This document shows, one piece after another, positions 60,716 through 64,000 of a DNA stretch of 64,000 nucleotides. The position numbers and the translations under genes are program-made. Each line of letters begins with the position of its first letter. Within the stretch, counting starts at the first letter, position 1. The notes beneath the pieces were generated by a model that worked only from the letters and a program-made list of their open reading frames with translations, searched no databases and was not told where the DNA came from. Source of the DNA: an uncultured bacterium (lineage in GTDB: Bacteria; Babelota; Babeliae; Babelales; Babelaceae); assembly GCA_963722385.1 (NCBI GenBank), contig CAVRKK010000002.1, positions 1-64,000 of the forward strand, given 5' to 3'.

Positions 60716-61055
60716 TTTTAATCCCCGATTAAGATTTTTTGCGATTTCTTCTTCGGGGATTTCTTAGCTCTGTTTCAATCTTTTTTCAATTTTTTTCTAC
60801 CCAATAATCAAACAAGCTCAGATAGAAAATAATTATATTGCCATTAAACATCCTCTCTTAACCCTAGATATCACTGCCAGCAAAGAAAAAGATCAGGAAA
60901 TCGCAAAGGGCTATCCCGACAAAATATCAGCCCGCGTTCTAAACCCAAATATGTTTCGCAAAACCGACACTAGCAACTGAAAAAAAGTACCTGGTTTTAG
61001 GGGCTCTTCTATAAAGGTCATAGAAGAATCGAGATTCGCCTTTCAAAGCCTTCTT

Positions 61056-64000
61056 TCAGGAAAAATTAACGGAACCTGTCCTCAACCGATTCCTATACGT
61101 ATAGTACTTATAGCTCCCAAAAACGGCAAGAGAAACTACGGCTGCTATTGCTGTAAGACCAAGAGGTACGCCCACCGTCGTTCCAATAATCACGCCCAAA
61201 GGTAGACTGCCACCATCGCCTCCTGCACCTGTACCTGAACCTAGTAGTGGAGCGATTGACACATCATTCGAATAGAGATTCGCCGTACCAATCGAACTAC
61301 TTCCATCACTTGCTAATAGAAATCCAATTGCAACACCATCAGTCGAGTTACCGGGTAAAGTATATGATGCTTCGCTATTCAAAGTTCCTCCGGAAACGAT
61401 AAACAGAGCAATGCTATTTGATCCACTATTAACAGTTGCAAGGTGGGAGCCATCGGGTGATATTGCCAGCTGCTGGGGACTTGCATTTCCTTGAGGCAGA
61501 CCATACGACTGTGAGCTGGTAAAAGTACCGGCATTTATTCTAAAGATGGTTACATCGTTTGAATCACTGTTACTTGTAGCAAGAAATAAGGCGCCCATTG
61601 CATCAGTGAAGAAACTGAGTGATTGAGGCTTGCTCGAATGAGCCGGTAATATTTGGGAAATACCATTGCTTAAGATCCCGCTGGCAAATTTAAAGAGTGT
61701 TATGTCATTCGATCCTGCGTTTGCCGTGGCACAGTAGGTACCGTCAGGGGCAAATGCGATTGCTACTGGATTTGAAGAATTACTCGGCAATATATATGAA
61801 AGAGGTCCAGTTAAAGAGCCCCCGGCAAAGTTGAATACTGTTACATCGTTTGACTGGCTATTGGCTACGGCAACGTGCATATTATCAGGTGAGAACTCTA
61901 CCGAAACCGGATTTTTCGAGCTTGCCGGTATATTGTATGAGTGAGGGCCGGTTAATTGGCCACCTACCACTTGAAAGAGAGTAAGATCATTTGAATTACT
62001 ATTGGCCGTTACCAGGTACGATGTATTGGAAGAAAAAGCTGCTGCCAGCGGGCTGGTGGAATTAGTTGGTAGCGGGAAAGAGTTTCCTAAACCAAGTGTT
62101 ATTTGATTGTTGTTTTGGCTGACAGGAAAAAGAGTTACATCGCTTGATTGATAATTTGTTGTGGCAAGATAGGATCCATCTTGGGAAAAGGCTATTGAGC
62201 TTGGCTCAATAGAATAAGTTGGTAAAGAATAAGAAGTTCCCTGCGGCGCAGGGCTTGAACAGATCAGTGTAAAGACCGTTACGTTATTGGAAGTCTCATT
62301 GGAGGTAACAATATATGAGCCATTAGCCGTAAATGCTATTGCTGAAGGATTTCGAGCACCAAGAGGCAATGGGTATGATGTTCCAGTAGCAAGAGTTCCC
62401 GCCGAGACATGAAAAATAGTTACGTCATCTGAGGTATTATTTGCCGTAGTCAGCAATGAACTATCAGGTGAAAACGCCAGCGAGATAGGAAAACTGGAGC
62501 CGGCAGGAAGAGGATAAGAGGCACCCCCATTCAATACGCCCCCTGAGCCTATATTAAATATCGTCACGTCATTACTCGAATTAGCAGTGGCAAGGTGGAG
62601 GCCGTCAGGTGAAAAAGTAACTGCATTAGGACCATTTGAGCCTGAAGGCAGTAGGTATGATCTTGCATCATTGAGTATCCCTCCCGGCATTACAGAAAAA
62701 ACAGTTACATCACCTGATGCATAATTAGCAGTAGCAAGATAAGTACCATTGGGAGAAAATGCTATTGATGTAGGGCTGGCCGATCCGGAAGGTAATGAGT
62801 ATGACGCGGCTCCACTTAAAATACCTCCTGCTTGCACACTAAACACGGTTACATCACCGACATAAGAGTTTGAGGTATAGTTAGCTGTAGCGAGATACAA
62901 GTTGTCCGGTGAAAATGCTAATGATACTGGCTCGGTAGAACCAGAAGGCAACGTATAAGATGTTCCCGTACCGGGAATGCCTCCTGCTTGCACGTTTAAC
63001 ACTGTTACATCACCAGCAAAAGCATGCGAACTATAGTTGGCTGTAGCAAGATATAGGCCATCTGGTGAAAATGCTATCGAAACAGGCTGTGTAGAACCAA
63101 GCGGTATATTGAACGAAGTGATGCCACTTAAGATGCCTCCTGTCCCTAAAAAAAATAGTGTTCCAGCATCGCCACCAAGTAAACCCTCATTAGCAGTTGC
63201 TACGTACAAACCGTTGGGCGAAACTGCGATTGAATTGATTTGTGCATTAGCATAATAAGGTACCAAGAATGGTCTGCCGTGGCTCAGAATGCCTCCTGCC
63301 GCTACTTGAAATACTACAACATAAGGGTACCCACCACTAGATGCAACAAGAAAAGCGTCATTGGGCGAAAAGACCACAGATGTCGGCTCACTAACACCGC
63401 TCGGCAGTGGATACGAAACACCACCACTCAACACACCTCCCGTTACTTTCATCACGGTCACAACGGATCCATTAAATCCGGCAGTAGTAAGATAAGCACC
63501 ATCTGATGAAATCGCTACGGATTGGGGGTTGACAGAGCCAGTGGGTAATGCATATGATACCCCCGCAGACAACACTCCTCCTGTTACACCCCATACAGTC
63601 ACATCATTTGAGGTGTAGTTAGTGGTAATAAGATAAGCGCCATCCGGCGTAAATGTGATTGCTTGAGGATTTGTAGAGCCAGCAGGCAATGCATATGGGG
63701 TACCGGCTGTAAGAACTCCTCCTGTTACGCTCCATATCGTTACATTATTTGATGCATCATTAGCAGTGGCAAAGTACGCACCATCGGGTGAAAATACCCC
63801 CGACTGAGGACTTGTAGAACCTGCGGGCAATGCATATGATGTACCATTGGTAAGGACGTTACCTGTTACGGTAAACACGGTTACATCATTGGATGTAGAA
63901 TTAACACTCGCAACATACAAGCTATCTGATGAAAATGCTATTGAGCAAGGCGCTGTTGAACCAGCTGGGAGAGCATAACCATTACCGCCACTCAGAACCC
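61056..64000 (-). CDS. Membrane-anchored beta-propeller repeat protein, paralog of 3629..7921 (5' end outside window)
   Basis: Frame open to the window edge; at least 19 blades; same C-terminal SLPLGVIIGTTxGxPLGL anchor. Confidence 0.9.
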   Translation of the reverse strand, partial: VLSGGNGYALPAGSTAPCSIAFSSDSLYVASVNSTSNDVTVFTVTGNVLTNGTSYALPAGSTSPQSGVFSPDGAYFATANDASNNVTIWSVTGGVLTAGTPYALPAGSTNPQAITFTPDGAYLITTNYTSNDVTVWGVTGGVLSAGVSYALPTGSVNPQSVAISSDGAYLTTAGFNGSVVTVMKVTGGVLSGGVSYPLPSGVSEPTSVVFSPNDAFLVASSGGYPYVVVFQVAAGGILSHGRPFLVPYYANAQINSIAVSPNGLYVATANEGLLGGDAGTLFFLGTGGILSGITSFNIPLGSTQPVSIAFSPDGLYLATANYSSHAFAGDVTVLNVQAGGIPGTGTSYTLPSGSTEPVSLAFSPDNLYLATANYTSNSYVGDVTVFSVQAGGILSGAASYSLPSGSASPTSIAFSPNGTYLATANYASGDVTVFSVMPGGILNDARSYLLPSGSNGPNAVTFSPDGLHLATANSSNDVTIFNIGSGGVLNGGASYPLPAGSSFPISLAFSPDSSLLTTANNTSDDVTIFHVSAGTLATGTSYPLPLGARNPSAIAFTANGSYIVTSNETSNNVTVFTLICSSPAPQGTSYSLPTYSIEPSSIAFSQDGSYLATTNYQSSDVTLFPVSQNNNQITLGLGNSFPLPTNSTSPLAAAFSSNTSYLVTANSNSNDLTLFQVVGGQLTGPHSYNIPASSKNPVSVEFSPDNMHVAVANSQSNDVTVFNFAGGSLTGPLSYILPSNSSNPVAIAFAPDGTYCATANAGSNDITLFKFASGILSNGISQILPAHSSKPQSLSFFTDAMGALFLATSNSDSNDVTIFRINAGTFTSSQSYGLPQGNASPQQLAISPDGSHLATVNSGSNSIALFIVSGGTLNSEASYTLPGNSTDGVAIGFLLASDGSSSIGTANLYSNDVSIAPLLGSGTGAGGDGGSLPLGVIIGTTVGVPLGLTAIAAVVSLAVFGSYKYYTYRNRLRTGSVNFS

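Larger units (their letters stand above)
48528..60900. mobile_element. Decayed genomic island downstream of tRNA-Asp (right boundary approximate)
   Basis: Visibly more AT-rich; serine recombinase, Rep and IS remnants; TA modules; many gene fragments. Confidence 0.8.

Noticed and set aside
60700..61055. attR duplicate of the tRNA-Asp 3' end
   Set aside because: No copy of CTCGTTAGCCCCGCCA was found, so the island's right boundary remains approximate.

Overview
Bacterial chromosome segment. The lineage is inferred, not proven, to be a host-dependent one such as Ca. Dependentiae/TM6, based on ankyrin, Sel1, WD40 and secreted alpha/beta-hydrolase expansions and a dimeric GlyRS. Positions 8-48.5 kb are mostly housekeeping genes: tatD, spoIID/lytB, rnhA, rpsT, rpmB, ftsH, a tolQRAB-like operon, dnaA, an ABC-2 exporter, tlyA, htrA, glyQS, ktrAB, a DEAD-box helicase, rsmG, MATE, gatCA, mreC, sppA and six tRNAs. 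Both ends of the window carry very large paralogous membrane-anchored beta-propeller repeat genes. Positions 48.5-60.9 kb, downstream of tRNA-Asp, form a decayed island with two serine-recombinase remnants, a broken rolling-circle Rep, two intact type II TA pairs, IS256/IS5 debris and an NpmA/KamB-like fragment. The most notable observations are: (1) an FtsH with two complete tandem AAA+ modules; (2) a 150-420 bp non-coding multi-hairpin element in three copies, with compensatory substitutions and terminal inverted repeats; (3) a 28-blade propeller protein with a near-identical 144-bp repeat array, hypervariable loops and a C-terminal anchor shared with its paralog; (4) a perfectly duplicated 66-bp structured, promoter-proximal element in the island. 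All family assignments come from motif recognition by eye; no searches were run.
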